61,291 bases of DNA from Bacilli bacterium (GCA_017441065.1 JAFSAI010000044.1:1-61291); one strand, 5' to 3'. Numbered from the stretch's first letter, positions 40,023 through 50,568 are shown. Notes: generated from the sequence alone by a model not told the origin. A program made the numbers and translations.

Positions 40023-40570
40023 AATTAATTGTTGGACTTGGTAATCCTGGTAGAGAATATAAGAATACGCGTCATAATGTTGGGTTTATGGTATTAGATA
40101 ATTATTTAGGTAAAGTTGATTGGAAAACAAAAATGGAAAGTTATTTCTATAGTACAGAAATAAAAGGAGAACAAATATTATTTATTAAACCATTAACATA
40201 TATGAATTTATCAGGATTGGCAGTTAGTAAAATAGTAAATTTCTATAAGATAGATATTAAAGATATTTTAATTATTCAGGATGATTTAGATTTAGATACA
40301 GGAGTATATAAAATAAAACGTAATAGTTCATCTGGAGGTCACAATGGTATTAAATCAATTATCTCAGAATTACATACTGAAGAATTTGCTAGACTTAAAA
40401 TAGGAATTAGCAAAAATGCACAAATTCCTGTAGATAAATATGTATTAGCAAAATTTAGTTCTGAAGAATCAGAAAAAATAAATTCTAATATGAATAATTA
40501 TTGTGATGTTGTAGATACATTTATTAAATTTGGTATAGAAGAAACAATGGCTAAGCATAATAAAAATTAA
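40019..40570 (+). CDS. pth: Peptidyl-tRNA hydrolase
   Basis: GLGNPG, TRHNVGF, GGHNG. Confidence 0.98.
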   Translation: MKLIVGLGNPGREYKNTRHNVGFMVLDNYLGKVDWKTKMESYFYSTEIKGEQILFIKPLTYMNLSGLAVSKIVNFYKIDIKDILIIQDDLDLDTGVYKIKRNSSSGGHNGIKSIISELHTEEFARLKIGISKNAQIPVDKYVLAKFSSEESEKINSNMNNYCDVVDTFIKFGIEETMAKHNKN

Positions 40571-40578
40571 GGTGTATT

Positions 40579-43500
40579 ATGAATTTTAGTAAGTATTTTA
40601 ATTATGAAAATGGAAGTATAACATATGGGTTAACAAATGAGTTAATCGCTTTTTTCGTTGTAGAATTATTTAAAAAGAAGAAAGAAAATATTATTTTACT
40701 TACAAGCAATTTATATGAAGGTAATAAAGCTTTTAATGCAATAAAAAATCATACTGATGATGTTGTTATGTTTCCTATGGATGATTTTGTAACATCTAAA
40801 GTAGTAGCTATGTCACCAGAATTTCAATCAGGTAGATTGAATGCTTTAGATAAGATAAAAAAAAGTAATCAAATTATAGTAACTAATTTAATGGGATATT
40901 TAAAGTATTTACCAAATAAGAATGTAAATAATACTTTGAATTTAAATGTTAATAAAGAAATTAAATATGATGATTTAATAAATGAACTAATTAGATTTGG
41001 ATACAAAAGAGAATCTTTAGTAACAACTACAGGAGAATTTTCTGTAAGAGGATTTATAATAGATATTTATCCAATAAATGAACTACATCCAATTAGAATT
41101 GAATTTTTTGGAAATACAATCGAATCTATTAGATATTTTGATGAAAATACTCAAAGAAAAATAGAGGATATAAATGAAATAAATATTAGCTCATTTCAAG
41201 AAATAAAAACTGAAAATAATGATTCATTATATAATTATACTAATAATGGAATTGTTGTATATTTGAATAAAGAACAAATAGATGTTGCTTATAAAAAATT
41301 ATGTAATGAAATTGCGGAATATAAAGAATCAAATAATAGTAGTGAAAAATATATGTATGAATTAGAAGAAATTAATCCTTCATATGAACTTTTTATTGAT
41401 ACTATTAATAATCCAACTAATGTTACTTCATCAGAAATTCCTTCATTTAATGAAGATTTTGAATATTTAAAAGATACTGTTTTTAAATGGAAAAAAGAGG
41501 GAAAAGAAGTATTCTTTTACTTATCTAAAGATAGCGAAATAAAGATTATTAAGGGCTTGATACCCGATGCAAATATTATTAATAGCAAATTAACTAAAGG
41601 TTTTATGATAGATAATATTGTATGTATTTCAGAAAATGATATTGGAACACATGCAATAACCCAAACTAAATTTAGTAGTAATTTACATATTGGTAAAAAA
41701 ATAAAAAGTTATAATGATTTAGAAAAAGGAGATTATGTAGTACATATTAATCATGGAATTGGAGTATATAATGGTTTAGTTACTTTAACTAAAGATGGAC
41801 TAAAAAAAGACTATATTCAACTATTATATGATGGAAATGATAAAATCTATATTCCTGTAGAAAAAATAAATTCAATATATAAATATTCAGGTAAAGATAG
41901 TTTAAAACCTAAGTTAAATAAGTTGAATTCTTCTAGTTGGGCTAAAACAAAAACTTATGTTAAAGCCAAAGCAAAAGATATTTCTAAAGAATTACTCTCA
42001 TTATATGCTAAAAGAGCTCAAGTAAAAGGTATACCTTATAAAGATTATGTTGAACAAGATATGTTTGCATCAAGTTTTGAATATACTGAAACTAGAGATC
42101 AAGCTAAAGCTATATCTGAAATAAATAGTGATTTAAATAGTGAAGTACCAATGGATAGACTTTTATGTGGTGATGTAGGTTTTGGTAAAACAGAAGTTGC
42201 TATGCGAGCTATATTTAAAACAGTAGTTAATAATATGCAAGTTATGTATTTATGTCCTACTACAATTCTTGCTAAACAACAATACAATGTTATTAAAGAA
42301 AGATTTAAAGATGTTCCTGTAGAGATTCGCCTTTTAAATAGATTTACTACTCCTAAAGAAGTAAAAGATACAGTTGAAAAATTAAAGTTGGGACAAATAG
42401 ATATTCTAGTTGGAACACATCGATTATTAAGTGATGATATTAAACCTAAAAAGTTAGGGCTTTTAGTTGTTGATGAAGAACAAAGATTTGGAGTTAAACA
42501 CAAAGAAAAAATAAAAGAGTTTAAAAATGATGTTAATGTTTTAACATTATCTGCAACCCCAATACCAAGAACTTTAAAAATGGCATTATCAGGTTTAAGA
42601 GATTTATCAATAATTGATACAGCTCCAGTTAATAGATATCCTGTTCAAACTTATGTAGTAGCAGAAAATGATTTGTTAATTAAAGATGCAATTTATAAAG
42701 AATTATCTAGAAAAGGACAAATTTTTATTTTATATAATAAAATTGAAGGTTTAGATAAAATAGTTGATAGAGTTCAAAAATTAGTTCCAGAAGCCAGAAT
42801 TAAATATGCTCATGGTCAAATGAAAAAAGAAGAATTAGAAAGTATCATGGATGACTTTGTTAATTATCAGTATGATATTTTAATTTGTACTACTATTATA
42901 GAAAATGGTATTGATATATCTAATGCAAATACATTAATTGTCTTTGATGCTGATCATTTTGGACTAGGACAGCTTTATCAAATTAGGGGTAGAGTTGGAA
43001 GAAGTGATCGTATTGCTTATGCATATTTACTTTATGATAATAAGAAAATGTTAAATGAAATAGCAGTTAAGAGATTACAAGCAATTAAAGAATTTACGGA
43101 ACTCGGAAGTGGATATAAAATTGCAATGCGAGATTTATCGATTCGTGGTGCTGGTGATATCTTTGGAAGTGATCAAGCTGGATTTGTTGATTCAGTAGGA
43201 ATTTCTTTATATATGAAACTTATTGAAGATGAAATGAAGAAAGCTAAGGGTGAATATGTAGAGGAAGAAGATGAAGATAATACAAATCTAATTGAAGTAT
43301 CAACTCATATTAAAGATGATTATGTTAGTGATGAGGATATAAAAATAGAGATTCACCAAAAAATAAATGAAATAGATTCCCTAGAAAAACTTAATGAAGT
43401 AAAAGAAGAATTAGAAGATCGTTTTGGTAAGATTGATAATGATATGGAAATATATATGTATGAAGAATGGTTTACTAATCTTTGCAAGAAATTAAATATT

Positions 43501-43725
43501 ACTAAGATAAATAAAACAGATAGATTTGTTGAAATAACTATACCTGAAGAAATATCAAATACTATTAAAGGTGATAAGTTGTTATTTGAAACAATGAGTA
43601 TTACAAATAAATTTAATATAAAATATATTCATAAAAATATTATAATAACTTTGTTTTATAAAGGTCTTGATAAACATTACGTTTATTATTTAGTTAAACT
43701 TTTGATTGCTATAAAGGATAATTAA
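40579..43725 (+). CDS. mfd: Transcription-repair coupling factor (compact)
   Basis: VVH..HGIG, GDVGFGKTEVA, DEEQRFG, QIRGRVGRS, TRCF C-terminal domain. Confidence 0.98.
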   Translation: MNFSKYFNYENGSITYGLTNELIAFFVVELFKKKKENIILLTSNLYEGNKAFNAIKNHTDDVVMFPMDDFVTSKVVAMSPEFQSGRLNALDKIKKSNQIIVTNLMGYLKYLPNKNVNNTLNLNVNKEIKYDDLINELIRFGYKRESLVTTTGEFSVRGFIIDIYPINELHPIRIEFFGNTIESIRYFDENTQRKIEDINEINISSFQEIKTENNDSLYNYTNNGIVVYLNKEQIDVAYKKLCNEIAEYKESNNSSEKYMYELEEINPSYELFIDTINNPTNVTSSEIPSFNEDFEYLKDTVFKWKKEGKEVFFYLSKDSEIKIIKGLIPDANIINSKLTKGFMIDNIVCISENDIGTHAITQTKFSSNLHIGKKIKSYNDLEKGDYVVHINHGIGVYNGLVTLTKDGLKKDYIQLLYDGNDKIYIPVEKINSIYKYSGKDSLKPKLNKLNSSSWAKTKTYVKAKAKDISKELLSLYAKRAQVKGIPYKDYVEQDMFASSFEYTETRDQAKAISEINSDLNSEVPMDRLLCGDVGFGKTEVAMRAIFKTVVNNMQVMYLCPTTILAKQQYNVIKERFKDVPVEIRLLNRFTTPKEVKDTVEKLKLGQIDILVGTHRLLSDDIKPKKLGLLVVDEEQRFGVKHKEKIKEFKNDVNVLTLSATPIPRTLKMALSGLRDLSIIDTAPVNRYPVQTYVVAENDLLIKDAIYKELSRKGQIFILYNKIEGLDKIVDRVQKLVPEARIKYAHGQMKKEELESIMDDFVNYQYDILICTTIIENGIDISNANTLIVFDADHFGLGQLYQIRGRVGRSDRIAYAYLLYDNKKMLNEIAVKRLQAIKEFTELGSGYKIAMRDLSIRGAGDIFGSDQAGFVDSVGISLYMKLIEDEMKKAKGEYVEEEDEDNTNLIEVSTHIKDDYVSDEDIKIEIHQKINEIDSLEKLNEVKEELEDRFGKIDNDMEIYMYEEWFTNLCKKLNITKINKTDRFVEITIPEEISNTIKGDKLLFETMSITNKFNIKYIHKNIIITLFYKGLDKHYVYYLVKLLIAIKDN

Positions 43726-43754
43726 GTATAATAAATAAAAAATTATTCACACTA
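43726..43754 (+). promoter_or_regulatory. SigG-like forespore promoter of spoVT
   Basis: GTATA-17 nt-CACACTA. Confidence 0.55.
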
Positions 43755-43776
43755 TTAGATAGAGGAGTGAGTAGTT

Positions 43777-44286
43777 TTGAGTAAAAGTGGAATTACAAGG
43801 AGAATTGATGAATTAGGTAGAATCGTAGTTCCCAAAGAAATAAGATTTAATTTAGGAATTAGAGATGGTGAACCATTAGAAATATATACAGAAAATAATT
43901 CTATAGTTATAAAAAAGTATTCTCAAGTAGAGAATATTAAAGATATTAGTATAAATATATCTAAAATAATTAGTGATGTATGTAATGTAGGAATACTTAT
44001 CAGTGATAGAGAAAAAATTATTGCAGCAAGTGATAATTTAAAAGAATTAATAAATTATAAATTAGAAGAAAAATACAAATTATTAATTGATGGTAGAGAA
44101 ACATATATTAGTGAAAAAGAAGAAATATCTTTTAATACTAAAAGTTTCTTTACTATAGTTCCTATAATAACTTCTACTGATTGTAGTGGTCTTGTTATAA
44201 TAGTAAGCAAAAATAAAAATGATGTTAACTTAAAATATGCCAAAATAGCTTGTAAGCTTATTGTTCATAAATTAGATGTTGCTTGA
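43777..44286 (+). CDS. spoVT: Stage V sporulation protein T
   Basis: AbrB-like GITRRIDELGRIVVPKEIR plus GAF-like C-terminal domain; follows mfd. Confidence 0.93.
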   Translation: MSKSGITRRIDELGRIVVPKEIRFNLGIRDGEPLEIYTENNSIVIKKYSQVENIKDISINISKIISDVCNVGILISDREKIIAASDNLKELINYKLEEKYKLLIDGRETYISEKEEISFNTKSFFTIVPIITSTDCSGLVIIVSKNKNDVNLKYAKIACKLIVHKLDVA

Positions 44287-44323
44287 TAAAAAAAACAACT
44301 TGTGCTAAACTAAATTTAATTAA

Positions 44324-44514
44324 CGGAGAATAAGCATAAAAATTGTGAAATTTTAAAGAGAGTTAATGGTTGGTGTAAATTAACAAAGGAAGCAATCTAG
44401 TATGGGCTTAGGAGTTAAATCGGTGATGATCGTTAAAACTAAGAGTGTATGATTAATTTCATAAATAAAGGTGGTACCGCGGATATATCCGTCCTTTGTT
44501 TATGAAATTTTTTT
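44324..44514 (+). promoter_or_regulatory. T-box leader, probable Met specifier
   Basis: AGAGA and GGTGTAA stem I motifs, ATG at 44402-44404 in the specifier position, T-box AAAGGTGGTACCGCG, 3' strand CCGTCCTTT. Confidence 0.9.
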
Positions 44515-44529
44515 ATTGTAAGGAGTATT

Positions 44530-44994
44530 ATGAAAGATATAGTATTGTTATTAAAAAAGAAAAATAAAACTATTTCAACTATGGAATCATGTACCGGTGG
44601 AGGTGTTGCTAATGCAATTACAAACATTGAAGGTGCCAGTGAAGTTTTAAAATATTCAGCAGTAACTTACTCTAATGAATTTAAAATAAAAATGGGAGTT
44701 AGTAGTGAAGTTATAGATAAGTATTCTGTATATAGTATGGAAACTGCTATGGAAATGAGTAAAGCTATATCTGAATTTACTAATTCATCAATAGGAATAG
44801 GTATTACTGGTAAACTTAATAGAGTAGATATTAATAATCCTTATGGTGAAGATAATATAGTTTATATAAGTGTTTATAATAGAGAAGAAAATAAATACTA
44901 TAATAAAGAATTAAAAGTAGATAAATCATCACGTAAAGAGAATAAAGAATTAGTTATTAATGAAATTATTAATATGTTAAAAGATATAATTTAA
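44530..44994 (+). CDS. CinA C-terminal / PncC family (NMN deamidase)
   Basis: MESCTGG, GASEV, VTYSN..K, GITG. Confidence 0.88.
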   Translation: MKDIVLLLKKKNKTISTMESCTGGGVANAITNIEGASEVLKYSAVTYSNEFKIKMGVSSEVIDKYSVYSMETAMEMSKAISEFTNSSIGIGITGKLNRVDINNPYGEDNIVYISVYNREENKYYNKELKVDKSSRKENKELVINEIINMLKDII

Positions 44995-45003
44995 GGAGGC
45001 ATT

Positions 45004-45498
45004 ATGGAAAGATATTTTGAAAAAATTAGTTTTGAACAATTCAAAAAAGATATTAAAGATGATAGTAATTTATATGAAGAATATAAATTGCCAATAAGAA
45101 AAACTAAATGTAGTGCTGGTTATGATTTTCTAGCTATTGAAGATTTTGAAATAATGCCAGGTGAAATAAAGAAAATACCAACTGGTTATAAAGCAAACTT
45201 TGGTGCTGATGAAATGCTTATGTTACTTGTAAGAAGTAGTATGGGATTTAAGTATAATATGCGAATGTGCAATCAAGTTGGTATTGTTGAAAGTGATTAT
45301 TTTAATAATCCTGATAATGAAGGACATTTATTTGTAGCACTTCAAAATGAAGGTGACAAAATATTTAAAGTAAAAAAAGGAGAAGCTTATTCTCAAGGAA
45401 TATTTACAAAATTTCTAACTTGTGGTGATGAAGTTAATGAAATAAGAACTGGTGGAATAGGTAGTACAAATAAGAAAGAAGGAAATGAAAATGAATGA
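45004..45498 (+). CDS. dut: Trimeric dUTPase
   Basis: SAGYDF, RSS, GIVESDY, QGIF, RTGGIGST. Confidence 0.93.
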   Translation: MERYFEKISFEQFKKDIKDDSNLYEEYKLPIRKTKCSAGYDFLAIEDFEIMPGEIKKIPTGYKANFGADEMLMLLVRSSMGFKYNMRMCNQVGIVESDYFNNPDNEGHLFVALQNEGDKIFKVKKGEAYSQGIFTKFLTCGDEVNEIRTGGIGSTNKKEGNENE

Positions 45499-47017
45499 TA
45501 AAAAATTTTATATAACAACTCCAATATATTATCCAAGTGCTGAGTTTCATATTGGACATTGTTATACAACTATAATTGCAGATGCAATTGCAAGATATAA
45601 AAGATTAGATGGATATGATGTGTTTTTTCAAACTGGAACTGATGAACACGGATTAAAAATTGAAACAAAAGCAAAAGAAAAAGGTGTTACACCAAAAGAA
45701 TATGTTGATGTAATAATTGAAAATGCTAAAGACCTATGGAAATCTTTAGGTATATCTTATGATTTCTTTATAAGAACTACTGATGATTTTCATGTAGAAA
45801 AAGTTCAACAAATATTTAAAAAATTATATGATCAAGGAGATATTTATAAAAGTGAATATCAAGGATTATATTGTGTTCCATGTGAATCATTTTGGACTGA
45901 AACGCAACTTGTGGATGGTAAATGTCCTGATTGTGGAAGAGATGTTCATGAAGTTACTGAAGAAGCTTACTTTTTTAAATTAAGTAAGTATCAACAAAAA
46001 TTAGAAGAATATTATGAAACACATCCAGAATTTATACAACCTGTATCTCGTAAAAATGAAATGTTAAACAATTTTATTAGACCAGGTTTAGAAGATTTAT
46101 GTGTTTCTCGTACTAGTTTTAAATGGGGAATACCAGTATCTTTTGACGATAAACATGTAATTTATGTATGGATAGATGCCTTAACTAACTACATAACAAG
46201 TTTAGGTTATCCAGAACTTACTCCAGAATTTAAAAAATATTGGCCAGCAGATTTACATTTAGTTGGTAAAGAAATAGTAAGATTTCATACCATTATTTGG
46301 CCAGCAATTTTAATGGCTTTAGATTTACCATTACCTCATCAAGTGTTTGGTCATGGTTGGTTAATTATTGACGGTGGAAAAATTAGTAAAAGTAAAGGAA
46401 ATTATAAAGATCCAAGAGAATATATAAATACTTATGGTGTAGATGCAGTTAGATATTTTGCATTACGTGAAGTACCTTTTGGAAGTGATGGAAACTTCTC
46501 AGAAGAATCATTAATTACAAGAACTAATGCTGATTTATGTAATGTTTTGGGAAATCTTGTTAGTAGAACTATTCAAATGGGAATTAAATATTTTGATGGT
46601 TTTATTTCTAATAAAAATGTATCTCAAGATATAGATAATGAATTAATTGATGCAACTAACAATTTAAAATCTTTAGTAGATGATAAAATGAGTGAGTTAA
46701 AAATTAATGAAGCATTAGAAAGTATATTTGAAGTACTTCGAAAATGTAATAAATATATTGATGATACTACTCCTTGGATATTAGCAAAAGATGAAACTCA
46801 AAAAGATAGACTTGAAACAGTAATATATAACTTGCTTGATTCAATAAGAGTATGTGCTATTTTATTACAAGCATTTATCCCAACTACATCTGAAAAAATA
46901 TTTAGTGGTTTAAAGATTAGTAATACTAGTTTTGAAGATTTATATGTAAAAAATGATACTTATGAATTAGGTTTAGAAAAACCAGCTAATTTATTTGAAA
47001 GGATTAAAGAAGATTAA
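45485..47017 (+). CDS. metG: Methionyl-tRNA synthetase (short form, no C-terminal tRNA-binding domain)
   Basis: HIGH, GTDEHG, YVWIDAL, KISKS. Confidence 0.98.
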   Translation: MKMNDKKFYITTPIYYPSAEFHIGHCYTTIIADAIARYKRLDGYDVFFQTGTDEHGLKIETKAKEKGVTPKEYVDVIIENAKDLWKSLGISYDFFIRTTDDFHVEKVQQIFKKLYDQGDIYKSEYQGLYCVPCESFWTETQLVDGKCPDCGRDVHEVTEEAYFFKLSKYQQKLEEYYETHPEFIQPVSRKNEMLNNFIRPGLEDLCVSRTSFKWGIPVSFDDKHVIYVWIDALTNYITSLGYPELTPEFKKYWPADLHLVGKEIVRFHTIIWPAILMALDLPLPHQVFGHGWLIIDGGKISKSKGNYKDPREYINTYGVDAVRYFALREVPFGSDGNFSEESLITRTNADLCNVLGNLVSRTIQMGIKYFDGFISNKNVSQDIDNELIDATNNLKSLVDDKMSELKINEALESIFEVLRKCNKYIDDTTPWILAKDETQKDRLETVIYNLLDSIRVCAILLQAFIPTTSEKIFSGLKISNTSFEDLYVKNDTYELGLEKPANLFERIKED

Positions 47018-47766
47018 TGTTTACTGATAGTCATTGTCATTTATATGATGAATACTATGATAATTTAGATAATATTTTAAAAATATCTGAAGATAATAAA
47101 GTAAATAGATTTATAAATAATGGTTGTGATTCAAAAACTAATAAGGAAGTATTAGATAAAGTTTCTAAATATAAAAATATGTATGGAACTATTGGAATAC
47201 ATCCAGAATATGTTGATAATTATACTGATGAAGATATTTTATTTATAAAAAGTAATTTAAATAATAAAAAAATTATTGCTATTGGAGAAATTGGACTTGA
47301 TTACCATTACACTAAAGAAAATAAAGATAAACAAATAGAATTATTTGAATCTCAGTTAAAATTAGCAGAAGCATCTAATATGCCTGTAATAATTCATAGT
47401 AGAGAAGCTACTCTTGATACAATTAATACATTAAAAAAATATAATGTTAGAGGTGTAATACATTCTTTTTCTGGTAGTTTAGAGACAGCTAAACAGTATA
47501 TGAAGATGGGATTTCTAATCGGGGTTAATGGGGTTATTACTTTTAAAAATGCTAATTTAAAAGATGTTATAAAAGAGATACCTTTAGAACATTTAGTATT
47601 AGAAACTGATTCTCCATATTTAACTCCAGAACCATTTAGAGGAAAACAAAATTATCCAGGTCATATTTTAGATATTGCCAAATATGTTTCTGAATTAAAA
47701 GATATATCATTGGAAGAACTATCTAATATAACTAACAAGAATTTAAATAAATTGTTTAATATATAA
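47017..47766 (+). CDS. tatD: TatD-family DNase
   Basis: DSHCH, GEIGLD, HSR, ETDSPYL. Confidence 0.95.
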   Translation: MFTDSHCHLYDEYYDNLDNILKISEDNKVNRFINNGCDSKTNKEVLDKVSKYKNMYGTIGIHPEYVDNYTDEDILFIKSNLNNKKIIAIGEIGLDYHYTKENKDKQIELFESQLKLAEASNMPVIIHSREATLDTINTLKKYNVRGVIHSFSGSLETAKQYMKMGFLIGVNGVITFKNANLKDVIKEIPLEHLVLETDSPYLTPEPFRGKQNYPGHILDIAKYVSELKDISLEELSNITNKNLNKLFNI

Positions 47767-47863
47767 AAAGTGTTGAAAACATTTAAGTTATCAACACTTT
47801 TTATTTTCCCTTTTTGACAAAATATTCTAACTTATGTATAATTTAGTTGTATAAAGAAGGTGA

Positions 47864-48397
47864 ATGATGAAAAGATTATTTAGTAGAACTATACGTATGA
47901 TTATAATTATTCTTTTTGTTATGGCCTCAACTAGTTATGTACATATAATTGAAACTAAATCTTTTAGTGATAATACAAATAAAAATGTTAACTTATCTAC
48001 AATGGCAATGAAGGTTGAAGAATTAAAAGAAAATGATATATATAGTGCAAAAGATACTTTTACTGGAGATTTAACTGGTTATGTTTTTAATTGTCCTTTA
48101 TGTAATGGTACTTTAGGATGTATGAGAAGTTATGATATTACAGATGGAAAAACTACTTATCCGGATGAAATATATGGTAATGTTAGAATTGTAGCATCTT
48201 CTAAAAATTTACCTTGTGGTTCAATTGTAAGGTTCAATAATGCTAGAATATCTAGTGAACCAGTTTTAGCTATAGTATTAGATCGTGGTGTTAGAGGAAA
48301 TGCTCTAGATTTATTAAGTGAAAATATTGATTATGCTTATATGGTAGGTAGAAGTGTTATAACTTATGATGTATTAAGGGAAGGATGGGGAAAATAA
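47864..48397 (+). CDS. Secreted/membrane-anchored 3D (double-psi barrel) domain protein at the yabE position
   Basis: N-terminal TM; RIVASS..LPCGS, LDRG, ALDL; between tatD and rsmA. Confidence 0.65.
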   Translation: MMKRLFSRTIRMIIIILFVMASTSYVHIIETKSFSDNTNKNVNLSTMAMKVEELKENDIYSAKDTFTGDLTGYVFNCPLCNGTLGCMRSYDITDGKTTYPDEIYGNVRIVASSKNLPCGSIVRFNNARISSEPVLAIVLDRGVRGNALDLLSENIDYAYMVGRSVITYDVLREGWGK

Positions 48398-48405
48398 CTC
48401 GTCTT

Positions 48406-49179
48406 ATGAAAGCAAAAAAAAGTTTAGGACAAAATTTTTTAATTGATAAAAATATTATAAATAAAATTGCTGATAGTATTACAGCTACAAAGGATGATTT
48501 AATAATTGAAATAGGTCCTGGAATGGGAGCTTTAACTAAAATAATAAAGAATAAGGGATCTAATATAATCTGTTATGAAATTGATACAGATATGAAACCA
48601 TATTTAAATGCTCTTTTAGATGATAAAACAAAAGTTATTTATACTGATATACTACTTAGTGATATAAAGAAAGATATTAAAGATATTAAATATAATAATC
48701 TATATATTGTTGGAAATTTACCATATTATATAACAACTCCAATTATAAAATTTTTAATTAGTTTAAAATTAAACGTTAAAGAAATGATTTTTATGGTACA
48801 AGAAGAAGTAGCTGATAGATTTTCATCACTTCCTGGTAGTAAAGAATATGGAAGTATAACACTATATTTGAAATATTATTTTAATGTTGAAAAATTATTT
48901 AAGGTAAGTAAAAAATGTTTTAATCCTGTACCTAAAGTAGAGAGTGCTATTATTAAATTAGAAACAAGAACTAATAGGCCAGAAATAGATGAAGATAAAT
49001 ATTTTAAATTAATAAATGATAGTTTTAAAATGAAAAGAAAAACTTTAAGAAACAATTTAAATAATTATGATTTTGATAAGATTAAAAAAATTTTAGAAAA
49101 ATATAATTTATCTGAAACAGTAAGAGCAGAAGAATTATCTGAAGAAATATTCTTGAGTATTTATAACGAAATAGAATAA
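48406..49179 (+). CDS. rsmA: 16S rRNA dimethyltransferase KsgA
   Basis: KKSLGQNFL, EIGPG.G, GNLPYYIT. Confidence 0.97.
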   Translation: MKAKKSLGQNFLIDKNIINKIADSITATKDDLIIEIGPGMGALTKIIKNKGSNIICYEIDTDMKPYLNALLDDKTKVIYTDILLSDIKKDIKDIKYNNLYIVGNLPYYITTPIIKFLISLKLNVKEMIFMVQEEVADRFSSLPGSKEYGSITLYLKYYFNVEKLFKVSKKCFNPVPKVESAIIKLETRTNRPEIDEDKYFKLINDSFKMKRKTLRNNLNNYDFDKIKKILEKYNLSETVRAEELSEEIFLSIYNEIE

Positions 49180-49225
49180 TAATTCTATTTTTTTTATTTG
49201 TGAATATAATTTACTGGTGATATTT

Positions 49226-49999
49226 TTGGAAATTAATAAAGGGGATTTTGTAACAAGAAAAAGTTATAATCACGATACTATTTTTAAAGTTATTAATATA
49301 AAAGATGGTATTTATTATTTAAAGGGTGCGGAAGTAAGATTATATGCTGATAGTGATTATAATGATTTAGTTAAATGTAAAGAACCAGAAGAGGATCTTT
49401 TTGAAGAAGGGAATCGTGGAGAAAAGATTAAACAACTTGATGAGTACTTTTTTCTTATTCCCAAAATTTTACATCTAGATGGAGATTCAGAATTTCTAAA
49501 TAAGTGTTTAAAATTTTATAAAAATGCAGGAATTTATGCTATTGGTAAAAAGGTAAAAGAAGAAGATGTAAGTGATCAAATAGGAATATTATTAAGAGAA
49601 TATAAACCTGATATAGTTATTATTACAGGTCATGATGCTTATTATAAGAAAAAAGGTAGTATTAATGATTTAGATAATTATAAAAATTCAAAAAATTTTA
49701 TAAAGGCAGTTAAAACTGCTAGAAATTATGAAAAAAGTCATGAAAAATTAGTAATTATTGCTGGTGCTTGTCAAAGTAATTATGAAGAATTAATTAAGGC
49801 TGGTGCTAATTATGCTTCAAGCCCTAAAAGAGTAAATATTCATGCTCTAGATCCTGCTATTATTGCAATTGCAGTAGCACTTACTGAAAGAAACAAAGAA
49901 ATAGATTTAAAAAAAGTACTAGAAAAGACAAAATATGGTAAAGATGGAATGGGTGGAATTATAGGTAATGGATTAATGTATGTGGGGTATCCAAGATAA
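49226..49999 (+). CDS. yabG: Sporulation peptidase YabG
   Basis: ILHLDGD, ITGHD, AGACQS, SSPKRVNIHALDP. Confidence 0.95.
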   Translation: MEINKGDFVTRKSYNHDTIFKVINIKDGIYYLKGAEVRLYADSDYNDLVKCKEPEEDLFEEGNRGEKIKQLDEYFFLIPKILHLDGDSEFLNKCLKFYKNAGIYAIGKKVKEEDVSDQIGILLREYKPDIVIITGHDAYYKKKGSINDLDNYKNSKNFIKAVKTARNYEKSHEKLVIIAGACQSNYEELIKAGANYASSPKRVNIHALDPAIIAIAVALTERNKEIDLKKVLEKTKYGKDGMGGIIGNGLMYVGYPR

Positions 50000-50211
50000 T
50001 GAATATAGATTTAGTTAGACAAAAAATTGAAAGTAATCTTAATAAAAAAGTAATGGTATCAGTTTATGGACTTAGAAATAAAGTATCAAGATATGAAGGA
50101 ATACTTTATAAAACGTATCCAAATATCTTTAGTATTATAAGTGATGGTGTAGAAAAAAGTTTTTCATATAATGAATACATTACTGGCGATGTAAAGATTA
50201 AATTTTTATAA
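49999..50211 (+). CDS. veg: Veg protein
   Basis: GIL..TYP.IF, SFSY; follows yabG. Confidence 0.85.
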   Translation: MNIDLVRQKIESNLNKKVMVSVYGLRNKVSRYEGILYKTYPNIFSIISDGVEKSFSYNEYITGDVKIKFL

Positions 50212-50295
50212 ATTATCATGATGTGAAAATAGTTGAAAAAAATTATTCAATGTTTTAAAATGATAATAAGTAATATTCAAGATAGGAGTGGTAAG

Positions 50296-50568
50296 ATGGA
50301 AATTACAAAAGTTCGTGTACATAGAGTAGATAGAGAAGGTTCAAAACTTAAAGGTTATGCTACTATTGAAATTGATAATTGTTTAGAAATTAATAATATT
50401 AGAATTATTGAAGGGAATACAAGAATATTTTGTGCAATGCCAAGCCATAGAATAAATGATGATAAATTTGAAGATTATGTTCATCCAAAAAATCAAGAAA
50501 CTAGAGATATGTTTGAAGCTGTTATTTTAGAAGAATATAACAATCCAAAAACTGAAGAAGAAAAATAG
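50296..50568 (+). CDS. spoVG: SpoVG
   Basis: MEITKVRV, IRIIEG, AMPS, FEDYVHP. Confidence 0.93.
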   Translation: MEITKVRVHRVDREGSKLKGYATIEIDNCLEINNIRIIEGNTRIFCAMPSHRINDDKFEDYVHPKNQETRDMFEAVILEEYNNPKTEEEK

